Source: Oligoflexia bacterium
GTDB lineage: Bacteria > Bdellovibrionota > UBA1018
Assembly (NCBI GenBank): GCA_963758495.1
Contig: CAVWVI010000005.1
Span: 100,809 to 164,808 of the forward strand
Direction of reading: 5' to 3'
Length of the DNA stretch: 64,000 nucleotides
Position 1 is the first letter of the stretch, and each line of letters opens with the position of its first letter. The notes beneath the pieces are model-generated. The model saw only the letters and a list, made by a program, of their open reading frames with translations, was not told the origin of the DNA and made no database searches. Shown here piece after piece: positions 20,549 through 30,187 of this stretch. The translations under genes and the position numbers were made by a program.

Positions 20549-21439
20549 ATGGAGTTTCGACACTTGCGCTATTTTATCGCAGTTGCGGAAGAGCTCAGCT
20601 TTAGTAGAGCGGCAAAGAGGCTTCACATGGCCCAACCCCCGCTGAGTCAACAAATTAAGTCATTAGAAGAAGAAGTGGGCTTACAGCTATTCGATCGGAG
20701 TAGTCGTAAAATCAGAATGACCCTTGCGGGGAGAGACTTTCTTATAGACGCACGAAAAGTTTTTGGGAGTCTCGATAGTCTTCAGCAAAAATCGAAGTTG
20801 CGCTCTCAGGGAAGTTTAGGTCGAATTTCAATTGGGGTCATCCCCTCTGTGATTACTGCGAACTTTGCTGCGATGCTTCGATCTTTTCAAAAAGACAATC
20901 CCAATATTGAAATCTCTCTCATGGATCACCCATCCTTGCAGCAGATTGACTCATTGCGCTCAGGGAGTCTTGATGTTGGATTTTTGAGGGTCAGCTCTTT
21001 CATTCCGGATTCTTTGGATTTTCACGTGATCAAACGCGAACCCATGAGACTCGCAGTGCCTCATCGACATTGGATGGCTCAAAAAAAAATTGTAGATTGG
21101 TTAGATCTGGCCAATGAAAATTTGATTTTGGTACGTCCAGAACTTGCCCCCGACTATTATGATGAATTTTATAGCCTCTGTCGCAAGGTGGGGTTTGAGC
21201 CGCGAATTCGGCAGTACGCAAATACTGTTGCGACTCAGTTTTGGTTAATTTCGGTAGGTCTTGGAATTGCGCCTATCTCGATTATGCCGGAAATGGTCAG
21301 TCGAGATGATCTTTCTTTCGTCGCTCTTCCTTCAGATGCTCCTATTTTTAAAACAGGTATGGTTTGGCGGCGAGGTGACCTCACTCCTTCTCTGAATCGA
21401 TTTATGGAATATGTGCGAAAAAGCGGAGTGAATGCCTAG
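20549..21439 (+). CDS. LysR-family regulator, divergent from the RND operon
   Basis: MEFRHLRYFIAVAEELSFSRAAKRLHMAQPPLSQQI HTH. Confidence 0.95.
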   Translation: MEFRHLRYFIAVAEELSFSRAAKRLHMAQPPLSQQIKSLEEEVGLQLFDRSSRKIRMTLAGRDFLIDARKVFGSLDSLQQKSKLRSQGSLGRISIGVIPSVITANFAAMLRSFQKDNPNIEISLMDHPSLQQIDSLRSGSLDVGFLRVSSFIPDSLDFHVIKREPMRLAVPHRHWMAQKKIVDWLDLANENLILVRPELAPDYYDEFYSLCRKVGFEPRIRQYANTVATQFWLISVGLGIAPISIMPEMVSRDDLSFVALPSDAPIFKTGMVWRRGDLTPSLNRFMEYVRKSGVNA

Positions 21440-22088
21440 AGAATTTATGTAGCGCTCCATTGATAGCGTCATTGACTCCATCTGCCATCAGTGCGGTTTC
21501 AGGAATTTCGATGGGTTGGTCAGTTTTTGGAAGTCTTCGCATGACATTCAACTGGGATTGGACTTCCTTTTTCAAGTCATCAAGTTTACGAAGTCTTTCC
21601 GCGTCCCCGAACTGAGAATACTCTTGATGAATCGACAACAGTTTTTGTAAACTCTTTCCTCCTTGATAGAGGCACCATCTTTCCCGACACTCCTCCATGA
21701 ATGAAAGGATCTCATCCAAAGCCGCATTCATAGCCTTTTTATCAGCTTTCACAGACTTAGTTTGAATTTTTTTGTGGTGTCGTTCAAGTTCAGCCCGAGC
21801 TTTAGCCCGAGGTTCAGCTAGCAGCTTTTCTTCACGTTTGTTTTGATCTGCTTCAATCGCCTGTCTGAAGATCTCTGCCGCTCTAGGATCTAGGTGATCG
21901 AGTTCTTCAACTGCTTCTTGCCTCTCACTTGCTACCGTGCTCGTCAATTCATAAGGAGGTGCCACCGAGTCCCTATCGGCGTCCATGGCATAAGCGCTCA
22001 TGGGTATCAGTCCACTGCCACAAATCACAAAGATAAATGCCGTAGTTATTCGATAAAATCTATTAAAATTCATAATCCAGTCCCTCAA
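21402..22088 (-). CDS. Hypothetical secreted helical protein
   Basis: Signal-like N-terminus ending SAYA|MD; coiled-coil character. Confidence 0.6.
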   Translation of the reverse strand: MRDWIMNFNRFYRITTAFIFVICGSGLIPMSAYAMDADRDSVAPPYELTSTVASERQEAVEELDHLDPRAAEIFRQAIEADQNKREEKLLAEPRAKARAELERHHKKIQTKSVKADKKAMNAALDEILSFMEECRERWCLYQGGKSLQKLLSIHQEYSQFGDAERLRKLDDLKKEVQSQLNVMRRLPKTDQPIEIPETALMADGVNDAINGALHKFSRHSLRFFAHIP

Positions 22089-22168
22089 TCAATCGAGCAC
22101 CGGTTAGAGGGGTGTTTTCTAGTTTTTTTTATCTTGTCGTCAACCTTAATTGAAAAGGTATCCCAAGT

Positions 22169-23377
22169 TTGTCACCTCCTTTACGAACGCCTATTTGGAT
22201 GCTAGGAGTCAGAATGAAATTTTGGGGTGGGGGCAAAAAAGGAGAAGATCTTGTGCATCAAATCTTAAAGAAGAATTCGTGGACCTGTGCTCTCGTCCTA
22301 TTTCAAATTTTTGCGGCGGTAATTACCTGCCGAGCGTGGGCACATGGCGGCGGAGGCGGAGGCGGACGCGGGTTCGGAGGTGGCGGTGGATTCCACGGCG
22401 GTGGTGCTGGATTCCACGGAGGTGGCGGTGGATTCCACGGAGGTGGCGGTGGGTTTCACGGAGGTGGCGGTGGGTTTCACGGAGGTGGCGGTGGATTTCA
22501 CGGAGGTGGCGGTGGATTCCACGGAGGCATGGGATCTCACGGATTCTGGCGACCCGGCTTTGGATATTGGAACGCAGGCTGGGGCGGTCGGGGCTGGTAT
22601 GGTCGCAGCGTTTACCCCTGGTTCTATCCTGGGTGGTATTATGGATGGTATGGAAGAAATTTATTGTTTGCAGGGTATCCATTTTACTTTGGTAGTGCCT
22701 ACTATCGACCCTTTTATCTTCCAGCTAACTTTGTAGTCAACTCTCCAGTTGACCCGAATATGGGTGGCAACACGGATGCACCTCCTCCTTATAATTCTAC
22801 GAATGGACAAGAGCCCGTCTTGCCTGCTCCTTCCCAAGAAGCAGTCAAAACCATTATCGAAAAAGGCTTCGAGTTTGCAAGCTCCCACGCCAGCACTTTC
22901 TGGAAATATTGTCGGGATTATCCTCAAGGCTATCCAGAAATTGATGCTTACTTTGACAAGTTTGCAATCCAAAAAAATCAAGATCTTTCCTTATTTCCAG
23001 ATTCTGAATTAGAAGACACCCTCACTTGTGGCGACCAGTGTGTTTCGTTTTTTTGTTGTGGTGATGACGCGAGAGAGACCAAGAAGGCAACCCGGACTTC
23101 TAATATTAAAGAGGCCTATCGAAATAAAATGACTGAGGAATTATCCTCTACAGTCGGTTTTAATTTTAATGTGGCAAATTTAGAAATTGCTTGTAACGCC
23201 CTCTATGGAAGTATTTCAAAAACGTACAGCGATCGTCATCCCAATGATCCAACCGCTTTTGATTTCGCTCAGCTGGAAGTATTTTTCAGTCAGTTAGAGA
23301 GAACCCTAGACAGTAAACGACTCACTCGACTTCCCACAGCTAAATCCTCCGAGGTACCTCGGTTCATTTTACAGTAA
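22169..23377 (+). CDS. Secreted Gly-rich (GGGGGFH)n protein with an unknown Cys-containing C-terminal domain
   Basis: Signal-like segment ending AWA|H; Gly/aromatic-rich region; globular C-terminus. Confidence 0.7.
   Translation: MSPPLRTPIWMLGVRMKFWGGGKKGEDLVHQILKKNSWTCALVLFQIFAAVITCRAWAHGGGGGGGRGFGGGGGFHGGGAGFHGGGGGFHGGGGGFHGGGGGFHGGGGGFHGGGGGFHGGMGSHGFWRPGFGYWNAGWGGRGWYGRSVYPWFYPGWYYGWYGRNLLFAGYPFYFGSAYYRPFYLPANFVVNSPVDPNMGGNTDAPPPYNSTNGQEPVLPAPSQEAVKTIIEKGFEFASSHASTFWKYCRDYPQGYPEIDAYFDKFAIQKNQDLSLFPDSELEDTLTCGDQCVSFFCCGDDARETKKATRTSNIKEAYRNKMTEELSSTVGFNFNVANLEIACNALYGSISKTYSDRHPNDPTAFDFAQLEVFFSQLERTLDSKRLTRLPTAKSSEVPRFILQ
22376..22522 (+). repeat. 7 x 21-nt coding tandem repeat
   Basis: ggaggtggcggtggattccac units encoding GGGGGFH. 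Confidence 0.92.
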
Positions 23378-23392
23378 ACAGTATAATATGAG

Positions 23393-23433
23393 ATCGCTTC
23401 CGGTTTCGGCCCTGGGTTGATGCCGGAAGCGAT
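23393..23433. terminator. Stem-loop between the Gly-rich gene and kup
   Basis: atcgcttccgg ... ccggaagcgat 11-bp inverted repeat. Confidence 0.45.
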
Positions 23434-23524
23434 ACTGCTACAAAATACCAGGGCTTTTTAAGATCGTGCTGAATTTAGGTTTACCGCTGGTAAAACCAAT
23501 CCATTTTGCTAGCGTGGGTGATCT

Positions 23525-25477
23525 ATGAAAACACTCAGCGAACAGCATGAAATCTCCACACCATTGACGACAGTAAACGACCTCGCTGCAGCGAGCCACG
23601 GTCACAAGGCAACCTTTGCGGCACTCACTCTGGGAGCGCTCGGGGTAGTTTTCGGTGATATTGGAACAAGTCCACTCTATACGCTCAAAGAATGCCTGGC
23701 TGCTGCCGGCGGCATCCATGCGGGTATAGAAGATCTTTACGGAATACTTTCATTGATGTTCTGGTCTTTGATCATGGTGGTTACGGTAAAGTATCTGACT
23801 TTTGTCATGCGAGCTGACAATGGTGGTGAGGGTGGGATCTTTGCATTGCTGGCCATTGTGCCAGAACGGTTTCGGGTCACCTCAGCTCGCAAAGGGGCAG
23901 TCACCGGAATGGCTCTACTGGCAGTGATTGGCGCGGCTCTCCTTTACGGCGACGGTGTGATCACACCTGCGATTTCAGTTCTTAGCGCGGTAGAGGGTCT
24001 CGCGATTGCCAGCCCTCGACTTTCACCGCTTGTCTTGCCTTTAACCTGTGCCATTCTCTTAGGACTTTTTTCAATTCAACGGCGAGGCACAGGTGACGTC
24101 GGCAAACTCTTCGGGCCGGTTATGGTCATTTGGTTCAGCACCTTGGCGGGTCTCGGGATTTTTCACATCAGTCAGCATCCCGAAATTCTCGCAGCCCTGC
24201 AGCCTCAGCATGGGGTGGCATTTTTTCTCCGCCATGGACTCCGCGGCGCCCTCATCCTTGGCTCCGTCGTATTAGTCGTGACTGGAGGAGAAGCCCTCTA
24301 TGCAGACATGGGACACTTCGGAATTCGTCCGATTCGATGGGCATGGACAAGTCTTGTTTTGCCCTCCCTTTTGCTCTGCTATCTGGGACAGGGTGCTCTC
24401 CTTCTTGGCAACCCTAGTGCGGCGGAGAATCCCTTTTTCGCCATGGTACCTACGGGCCTACCGACTTACTTCCTGGTTCTACTCTCCAGTGCAGCTACCG
24501 TGATTGCTTCGCAGGCACTCATCTCTGGGGCATTCTCCTTAACACGTCAAGCGATGCTATTAGGTTATCTTCCGCGAGTGACTGTCAAGCACACGGCGTT
24601 TCACACCGAGGGGCAGATTTACATTCCTGAGGTGAATTGGTTGCTTGCCTTGGGATGCATCTTACTTGTGCTGACCTTCCGTGAGTCAGTCAAGTTGGCT
24701 GCCGCCTATGGAATTGCTGTTACCGGAACGATGGCCATTACGTCAGTGCTCTATTATATTGTTGCACGTCACACCTGGCGCTGGAGCGCATGGAAGGCCG
24801 GAGCTACGCTCGCACTTTTCTTGAGTTTTGATATCCCCTTTCTGGCTGCGAATCTTTTTAAGTTCTTTGATGGTGGGTACGTTCCGATGTTGATCGGTGC
24901 AACACTCATTGCAGGAATGCTGATTTGGAGCCATGGCCGTACCGCTCTGATGAAGCAATACGCACTCCGTTACTCGACCTTCGAGAATGCTAAGCCTCAG
25001 ATTTCTCGTTCTGTCTCCTCGCGAGTCCCGGGAAGTGCCGTGTTCTTAGCTCACGATGCTGACCATGTGCCTCCCGTTCTTATGCATCACGTTGAGCGCA
25101 GTCATGCTTTGCATGAAACTGTTGTCTTACTTAACGTAAAAGAGGAGATTCGACCCGTGGTGCCAGATGAATCGCGGTTCACGGTGACCGCTTTAGAAGA
25201 GGGTTTCTACAAACTCTCCGTATCGTTTGGCTACATGGAGACACCCCTCCTGCTACCGGTACTTCGAAAGGTGGCTCAAACGGGTCAGATCCCGTTCGAG
25301 TTTGAGAATGCGACTTATTATATTGGTCACGAAACAATCGTTGCCAAAAATGGTGGAGTGCAGCGAGTACCTGAAGCGATTTTCTCTTACCTCAATCGTA
25401 ATGCGGTTCACGAAGAAAGACGCTACGGAATGCCAACACAGCAAATCGTTGAAATTGGTACACAGATTGATTTATAA
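23525..25477 (+). CDS. kup: KUP/HAK/KT potassium transporter
   Basis: GVVFGDIGTSPLY, RADNGGEGG, YGDGVITPAISVLSA, EALYADMGHFG. Confidence 0.96.
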   Translation: MKTLSEQHEISTPLTTVNDLAAASHGHKATFAALTLGALGVVFGDIGTSPLYTLKECLAAAGGIHAGIEDLYGILSLMFWSLIMVVTVKYLTFVMRADNGGEGGIFALLAIVPERFRVTSARKGAVTGMALLAVIGAALLYGDGVITPAISVLSAVEGLAIASPRLSPLVLPLTCAILLGLFSIQRRGTGDVGKLFGPVMVIWFSTLAGLGIFHISQHPEILAALQPQHGVAFFLRHGLRGALILGSVVLVVTGGEALYADMGHFGIRPIRWAWTSLVLPSLLLCYLGQGALLLGNPSAAENPFFAMVPTGLPTYFLVLLSSAATVIASQALISGAFSLTRQAMLLGYLPRVTVKHTAFHTEGQIYIPEVNWLLALGCILLVLTFRESVKLAAAYGIAVTGTMAITSVLYYIVARHTWRWSAWKAGATLALFLSFDIPFLAANLFKFFDGGYVPMLIGATLIAGMLIWSHGRTALMKQYALRYSTFENAKPQISRSVSSRVPGSAVFLAHDADHVPPVLMHHVERSHALHETVVLLNVKEEIRPVVPDESRFTVTALEEGFYKLSVSFGYMETPLLLPVLRKVAQTGQIPFEFENATYYIGHETIVAKNGGVQRVPEAIFSYLNRNAVHEERRYGMPTQQIVEIGTQIDL

Positions 25478-25478
25478 A

Positions 25479-25610
25479 AGGGCAGAGCGTTTCACCTGCC
25501 ATGCGGATGCAATTTACCTGGACTACTCGAAAAACAGAATTACCGATGAGACCTTGCGGTTGCTTGTTCAACTCGCTGGCGAGAGTGGACTACGTGAACG
25601 CACGATCAAT
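25479..25610 (+). pseudogene. pgi: Glucose-6-phosphate isomerase N-terminal fragment
   Basis: RAERFTCHADAIYLDYSKNRITDETLRLLVQLAGESGLRER (DYSKN motif of Pgi). Confidence 0.75.
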
Positions 25611-26265
25611 GGGGTGTTGAGCTCGGCTTAAATACCGTTCTTTCGATTGAACCGTTCCGTGCGATCCATGCTTCCGTTACAAGCGCCGGCGGGAATAGTC
25701 CGTGAGAAACCAAACCCGGAGTTGCTTCTAGCCAGGTCGCCAATTCAGCCGGATCAGCAAATTTTCCTAGGTAGTCAGCTATGATTCCACCATCTGGGCT
25801 CCGAGGGATGTCGCGAAGTTGGATGGGTTGAAGTCGGCGAAGAGTTGCCGAAAGTCCAAACGAGAGTAACTCGACAGGGACCGGGGCATGGAGCGCAGGG
25901 ACTGGTTTTCTCGAGTCTGCGATGACGATGAACTGCGTTCCTGATGCTGCAACGATTTTTTCACGTGTATGGGCGGCACCAGCCCCCTTCACCAACCATC
26001 CATCTGGGGCGATCTGATCAGCGCCGTCGATCACGAGGTCGAGCTGATCGAGTTGATCAAAAGGCACAACGTTGAGACCGAGTTCGCGAGCGAGGTGCTC
26101 TGTGCGCGGTGAAGATGCGACACAGCGAATGGAGAGATGGCGTCGCGCCAAGGGAGGCAAAAGAAAGTCAACGGTTGAGCCGGTACCTAGACCGACAACC
26201 ATTCCAGACTTTACAAAAGCTGCCGCCGCTTCAGCTACTAGCCGTTTTTCTTTTTCGATGCTCAC
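25606..26265 (-). CDS. rpiA: Ribose-5-phosphate isomerase A
   Basis: GLGTGST, DGADQ, KGAGAAHTREKIVA. Confidence 0.95.
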   Translation of the reverse strand: MSIEKEKRLVAEAAAAFVKSGMVVGLGTGSTVDFLLPPLARRHLSIRCVASSPRTEHLARELGLNVVPFDQLDQLDLVIDGADQIAPDGWLVKGAGAAHTREKIVAASGTQFIVIADSRKPVPALHAPVPVELLSFGLSATLRRLQPIQLRDIPRSPDGGIIADYLGKFADPAELATWLEATPGLVSHGLFPPALVTEAWIARNGSIERTVFKPSSTPH

Positions 26266-26270
26266 TCTTT

Positions 26271-27092
26271 TTAAGCCCTCTTGATTTTGGAGAGGACGTG
26301 TTCCACCGCTTTGGCGAACCCCTCTTCGGTGTTGGATTCCGTGACCATGTCTGCGGTGTGCTTGACCTCCTCTGAAGCATTTCCCATAGCAATGCTGAAA
26401 CCACTCTTCTTGAACATGAGCACGTCACTGGGCATGTCCCCGATGGTAATTGTCTGCGAAGGTGCAATTTTTAAATATACGCAGAGATCTTCAAGGACCG
26501 TCCCCTTGTTTGCTTGCGGGCTTGTTACGTCGACATAGTAAGGTTGAGATCGCGTGGCTGAGGCGAGTCCAGAAAGACTGTGCTGAAGATCCGTCTCGCA
26601 GCGAGCCACCTGGGAGTAATCTTCGCTCAGTCCGACTACTTTCAATACGTTCGTGAAACTATTTTCGTGGCTTTGTGTAACTAGGGGTGCGAACTGAACG
26701 GTAGATTGTTCGGTGCGGACTCGAGGGAGTTCTGGTCGGTGAATATACCAATTATTCTCTGTGTAGATCCACGCATCGTCGAGCCCATTTTGGAGGATGA
26801 GATCCACGGCTTTTTTCACAACGTCGGGAGAAAGCGGGCGTGTTTTTAAAATTTCAAAATCAGGCCTGATGATGGCACCGCCATTAAAAGCAGCGTAAGG
26901 GAACTGAATACGTATGAATACCGCCAGATGCTTCATCCCCAGTGGCGGACGACCACTGACAAAAGAGAACGCAATCCCATTTTTATGGAGGGCTTGAATG
27001 GCTTGAATTGTGCGCTCGGTTAGGAGTTTTTCAGGCGTCACTAGAGTGCCGTCTACATCTGCAAGCAATAGAGCGGGTTGTTGGAGTGTCAT
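26271..27092 (-). CDS. Cof-type HAD-IIB hydrolase (start probably 27092)
   Basis: DVDGTL, SGRP, NKG, GDMPSDVLMF. Confidence 0.92.
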   Translation of the reverse strand: MTLQQPALLLADVDGTLVTPEKLLTERTIQAIQALHKNGIAFSFVSGRPPLGMKHLAVFIRIQFPYAAFNGGAIIRPDFEILKTRPLSPDVVKKAVDLILQNGLDDAWIYTENNWYIHRPELPRVRTEQSTVQFAPLVTQSHENSFTNVLKVVGLSEDYSQVARCETDLQHSLSGLASATRSQPYYVDVTSPQANKGTVLEDLCVYLKIAPSQTITIGDMPSDVLMFKKSGFSIAMGNASEEVKHTADMVTESNTEEGFAKAVEHVLSKIKRA

Positions 27093-27168
27093 GGATTCCA
27101 ATGTGCGAGAAAAGGGCCAAGTCGTGAGCTCTAGGTACGGTGTTTGCTGTTTTGATTTTAGGGTATTC

Positions 27169-29046
27169 ATGGCTTATCAGGCAATTGAAAATTATGGAAT
27201 GATCGGTAATATGCGGACCGTTGCATTGGTCGGAATTCATGGCTCGATCGACTGGTACTGCTATCCATATTTTGATTCTCCGAGCCTATTTGGTGCTCTT
27301 CTCGATGATCGAAAAGGGGGTAAGTTTTCAATTCTACCCAGGTGTTGTGAGCGACTACGGAACAAGCAATTCTACTGGCCAAATACCAATATTTTAGTGA
27401 CCCGTTTCCTTTGCAGCGACGGCATTGCGGAAATCGAAGACTTTATGCCTGTTGGGCTCGATCCTCATTCTCCTTGGTATCACCATTTGTTTCGGAGAGT
27501 GAAATGTGTTCGTGGTTCGCTAGCTTTTTCACTCGAATGCACTCCTGCATTCGACTACGGACGAAAAGCTCACATTGCCAAAAAAGCTGGAGATGGTGTC
27601 ACGTTCGTATCCGATGGATTAACCATGGGACTTTCCACAGACCTGCCCATTCGCATCATTGGAAGAGAAGGTGGAAGAGAAGGAGAAAATGAAGGAAAAA
27701 ACGGAGGGGCTTACGCAGAGTTTGTCCTGAATGAAGGGGCGAGTCGGGTATTCATTTTCAAGGAGCTGAATGCTCATACTTGCGAATTACCGCCTTCAGA
27801 CGATGAAGCTCAAGAGTTATTTGAAATCACTGTTTGCTTTTGGAGGAAGTGGCTTTCTGCGTGCACTTATCGTGGACGGTGGCGAGAGCAAGTCTATCGT
27901 TCGGCACTCGCATTGAAGCTGCTCACATTCGAACCCACCGGTGCAATCATTGCTTCCCCGACGACGAGTATTCCAGAAGTGATTGGAGGGACGCGAAACT
28001 GGGATTATCGTTATACGTGGATGAGGGATGCCGCTTTCACAGTTTATGCTTTTCTTCGTATTGGATTTAAAGAAGAAGCTACGAGATTTATGAGCTGGGT
28101 TCAAAACTATGCTTCGAGTTCTGGTAGTCCCACGAAACCCATGCCAGTAATGCTTTCCATCCGAGGTGAGAGGACGTTAGAAGAAAAGGTCCTTGCTCAT
28201 TGGGAAGGTTATCGAGCCTCTTCGCCGGTGAGAATTGGCAACGGTGCTTATCAGCAAATTCAGAACGATATCTATGGCGAACTGGCGGATGCAGTTTACC
28301 TTTTCAATAAATACGTTTCCCCCATATCTTTTGATTTTTGGAATAAAATAAGAGCTCGAATGAACTGGATCTGCGAGAATTGGATGCAGCCTGATGAGGG
28401 AATCTGGGAAGTGCGGAAAATGCCGGAACACTTTGTCTACTCGAAGGTAATGAACTGGGTAGCTCTGGACCGTGCTATTCGCCTTGCTGAAAAGAGATCA
28501 TTTCCTGCCGATATGGAAAAGTGGCATCGTGTCCGCGACCAGATTTACGAAGAGGTCATGTCCCGTGGGTGGCAAGCTGATGTGGGTTCATTCACACAGG
28601 CTTACGGCCGTTCGGAGCTAGACGCTTCTCTTCTGATTATGCCATTGGTGTTTTTTATGGCGCCCAATGACCCGCGGATGATTAAAACAATCGATGCTAT
28701 CAGGAGGCCTCCGGCGAAAGGCGGGCTTTTCACGGATGGGCTCGTCTATCGATATCCACCTGGCCCAAAGTTCGATGGCCTACCCGGCGAAGAAGGGACA
28801 TTCAATATGTGTTCATTTTGGCTCGTTGAGGCGTTGACCCGCGCTGGAGCCACAGATCCTGAGAGACTCGATGATGCTCGACTCCTCTTCGAGAGAATAC
28901 TTGGTTTTGCAAATCATCTCGGTCTGTACTCTGAACAGACGGGTTCGCAGGGGGAGGCCTTGGGTAATTTTCCGCAAGCATTTACTCATTTGGCCCTCAT
29001 TAGCGCAGCCTTTAATTTAGATCGAGTATTGGGAAGTCGCCCGTAA
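27169..29046 (+). CDS. Glycoside hydrolase family 15 (trehalase/glucoamylase-like); start probably 27169
   Basis: IENYGMIGN, RNWDYRYTWMRD, DEGIWEVR, GNFPQAFTH. Confidence 0.95.
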   Translation: MAYQAIENYGMIGNMRTVALVGIHGSIDWYCYPYFDSPSLFGALLDDRKGGKFSILPRCCERLRNKQFYWPNTNILVTRFLCSDGIAEIEDFMPVGLDPHSPWYHHLFRRVKCVRGSLAFSLECTPAFDYGRKAHIAKKAGDGVTFVSDGLTMGLSTDLPIRIIGREGGREGENEGKNGGAYAEFVLNEGASRVFIFKELNAHTCELPPSDDEAQELFEITVCFWRKWLSACTYRGRWREQVYRSALALKLLTFEPTGAIIASPTTSIPEVIGGTRNWDYRYTWMRDAAFTVYAFLRIGFKEEATRFMSWVQNYASSSGSPTKPMPVMLSIRGERTLEEKVLAHWEGYRASSPVRIGNGAYQQIQNDIYGELADAVYLFNKYVSPISFDFWNKIRARMNWICENWMQPDEGIWEVRKMPEHFVYSKVMNWVALDRAIRLAEKRSFPADMEKWHRVRDQIYEEVMSRGWQADVGSFTQAYGRSELDASLLIMPLVFFMAPNDPRMIKTIDAIRRPPAKGGLFTDGLVYRYPPGPKFDGLPGEEGTFNMCSFWLVEALTRAGATDPERLDDARLLFERILGFANHLGLYSEQTGSQGEALGNFPQAFTHLALISAAFNLDRVLGSRP

Positions 29047-30097
29047 ATTTTTCAGACACTTTGGATGGACTTAAGTTGTCAATCCATTGACCGATCAAGG
29101 CAATCCCTTCCTGATCTAGCTCATTGCTCCCCAGGGGGGGCATCCGATAAGCCGTCATCGTATTGAGGCGAACCCAGAGAATACTCGCTTCTTTTTTTCC
29201 AGGTCTTACCAGAACCCCATTGGGGATTCCCATCTCCCCGGAAACGGGCACCTGATCGATGAGGTTCATGGAGGCCACTGGGGTTTTAAAGCGAAAATCA
29301 ATCTGAGGCCTGAATGGACTCCCGGGTTGATGACATTGAGAGCAATTGGTAGCGAAGTAGGACTTCACCCTGTTCTCTAGCGACTGATTCGTGGAGGATA
29401 AACTGAAATACTTCTTATAATTGGAGCCACTCTCTATTTTTGAAGAAAAGAAAGAACTCTGATTCCATTGATCGAGCTGATTGGCTGTACTTCCTGGTTT
29501 ATTTAGATTGAGTTGTTCAGTTCTGACACCCAACACATAGCCCGTCCAGGAGTTGTGACACAAGACACACATCTGTCGACTTGGGAAAGTCCAAGTTTGT
29601 TTTACAGTGCCTCCGGGACTGCCAGGGCTGTAAACTTGATACGTTTTGGATGCAAAATTCGGTAATAAAACAGCATCTTTTTGATCATCCTGCCACTGAT
29701 AGCTGTACCCGTCCCATTGGTCGTCCGCCGAATTGATCAGGAGCCGGGTTTCAACCCGAATCTGCTGAGTCGCGCTTGCCGGAAGATCAAATTCCTTCAC
29801 CAGAACAGTGCCTATCGGAAACTTCCACGGATCTTCGGGTTGAAAGTCTATTTTTCCGGGAACAATAATCCATCTGCCCTTGCCGGCTCCGTCTGACCAG
29901 AGAGGAGAGTTTACAGTGTATTCAGTGACGGATTGACAGGGCGTGAGGTGAGTCAGGTCTTCAAAGATCCCGGCATCAGAAAGCTTCTGAGGCGGATGAT
30001 CCGGCTGAAGCTGCAATGCACTAGAGCATTTCGCGTATGAAACAGAACTTACTACCGACAACTGCACTAGGAGCAAAATGGCGTAAGTTATTCTCAT
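29012..30097 (-). CDS. SO2930-like secreted diheme c-type cytochrome
   Basis: Signal peptide; PLWSDGA.K.RW, ETRLL, CVLCH and CSQCH, RMPPLG. Confidence 0.85.
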   Translation of the reverse strand: MRITYAILLLVQLSVVSSVSYAKCSSALQLQPDHPPQKLSDAGIFEDLTHLTPCQSVTEYTVNSPLWSDGAGKGRWIIVPGKIDFQPEDPWKFPIGTVLVKEFDLPASATQQIRVETRLLINSADDQWDGYSYQWQDDQKDAVLLPNFASKTYQVYSPGSPGGTVKQTWTFPSRQMCVLCHNSWTGYVLGVRTEQLNLNKPGSTANQLDQWNQSSFFSSKIESGSNYKKYFSLSSTNQSLENRVKSYFATNCSQCHQPGSPFRPQIDFRFKTPVASMNLIDQVPVSGEMGIPNGVLVRPGKKEASILWVRLNTMTAYRMPPLGSNELDQEGIALIGQWIDNLSPSKVSEKFTGDFPILDLN

Positions 30098-30187
30098 TGT
30101 GGTAAGATATATTCTATAAAATATTTCGATTGAGTCAATAGACCGTTCGGGTTTTATTACGAACTGTCATGCGACTTTTTAACGTTT

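Noticed and set aside
22376..22522. CRISPR array, or real genes in the overlapping Arg-rich, STATSVE and VAVDSTE ORFs
   Set aside because: Contiguous 21-nt coding repeat without spacers; the other frames are open only because the repeat lacks stop codons
23380..23525. c-di-AMP (ydaO) riboswitch upstream of kup
   Set aside because: Only a GCTGAAT word and simple hairpins are present; the remaining conserved elements are not evident
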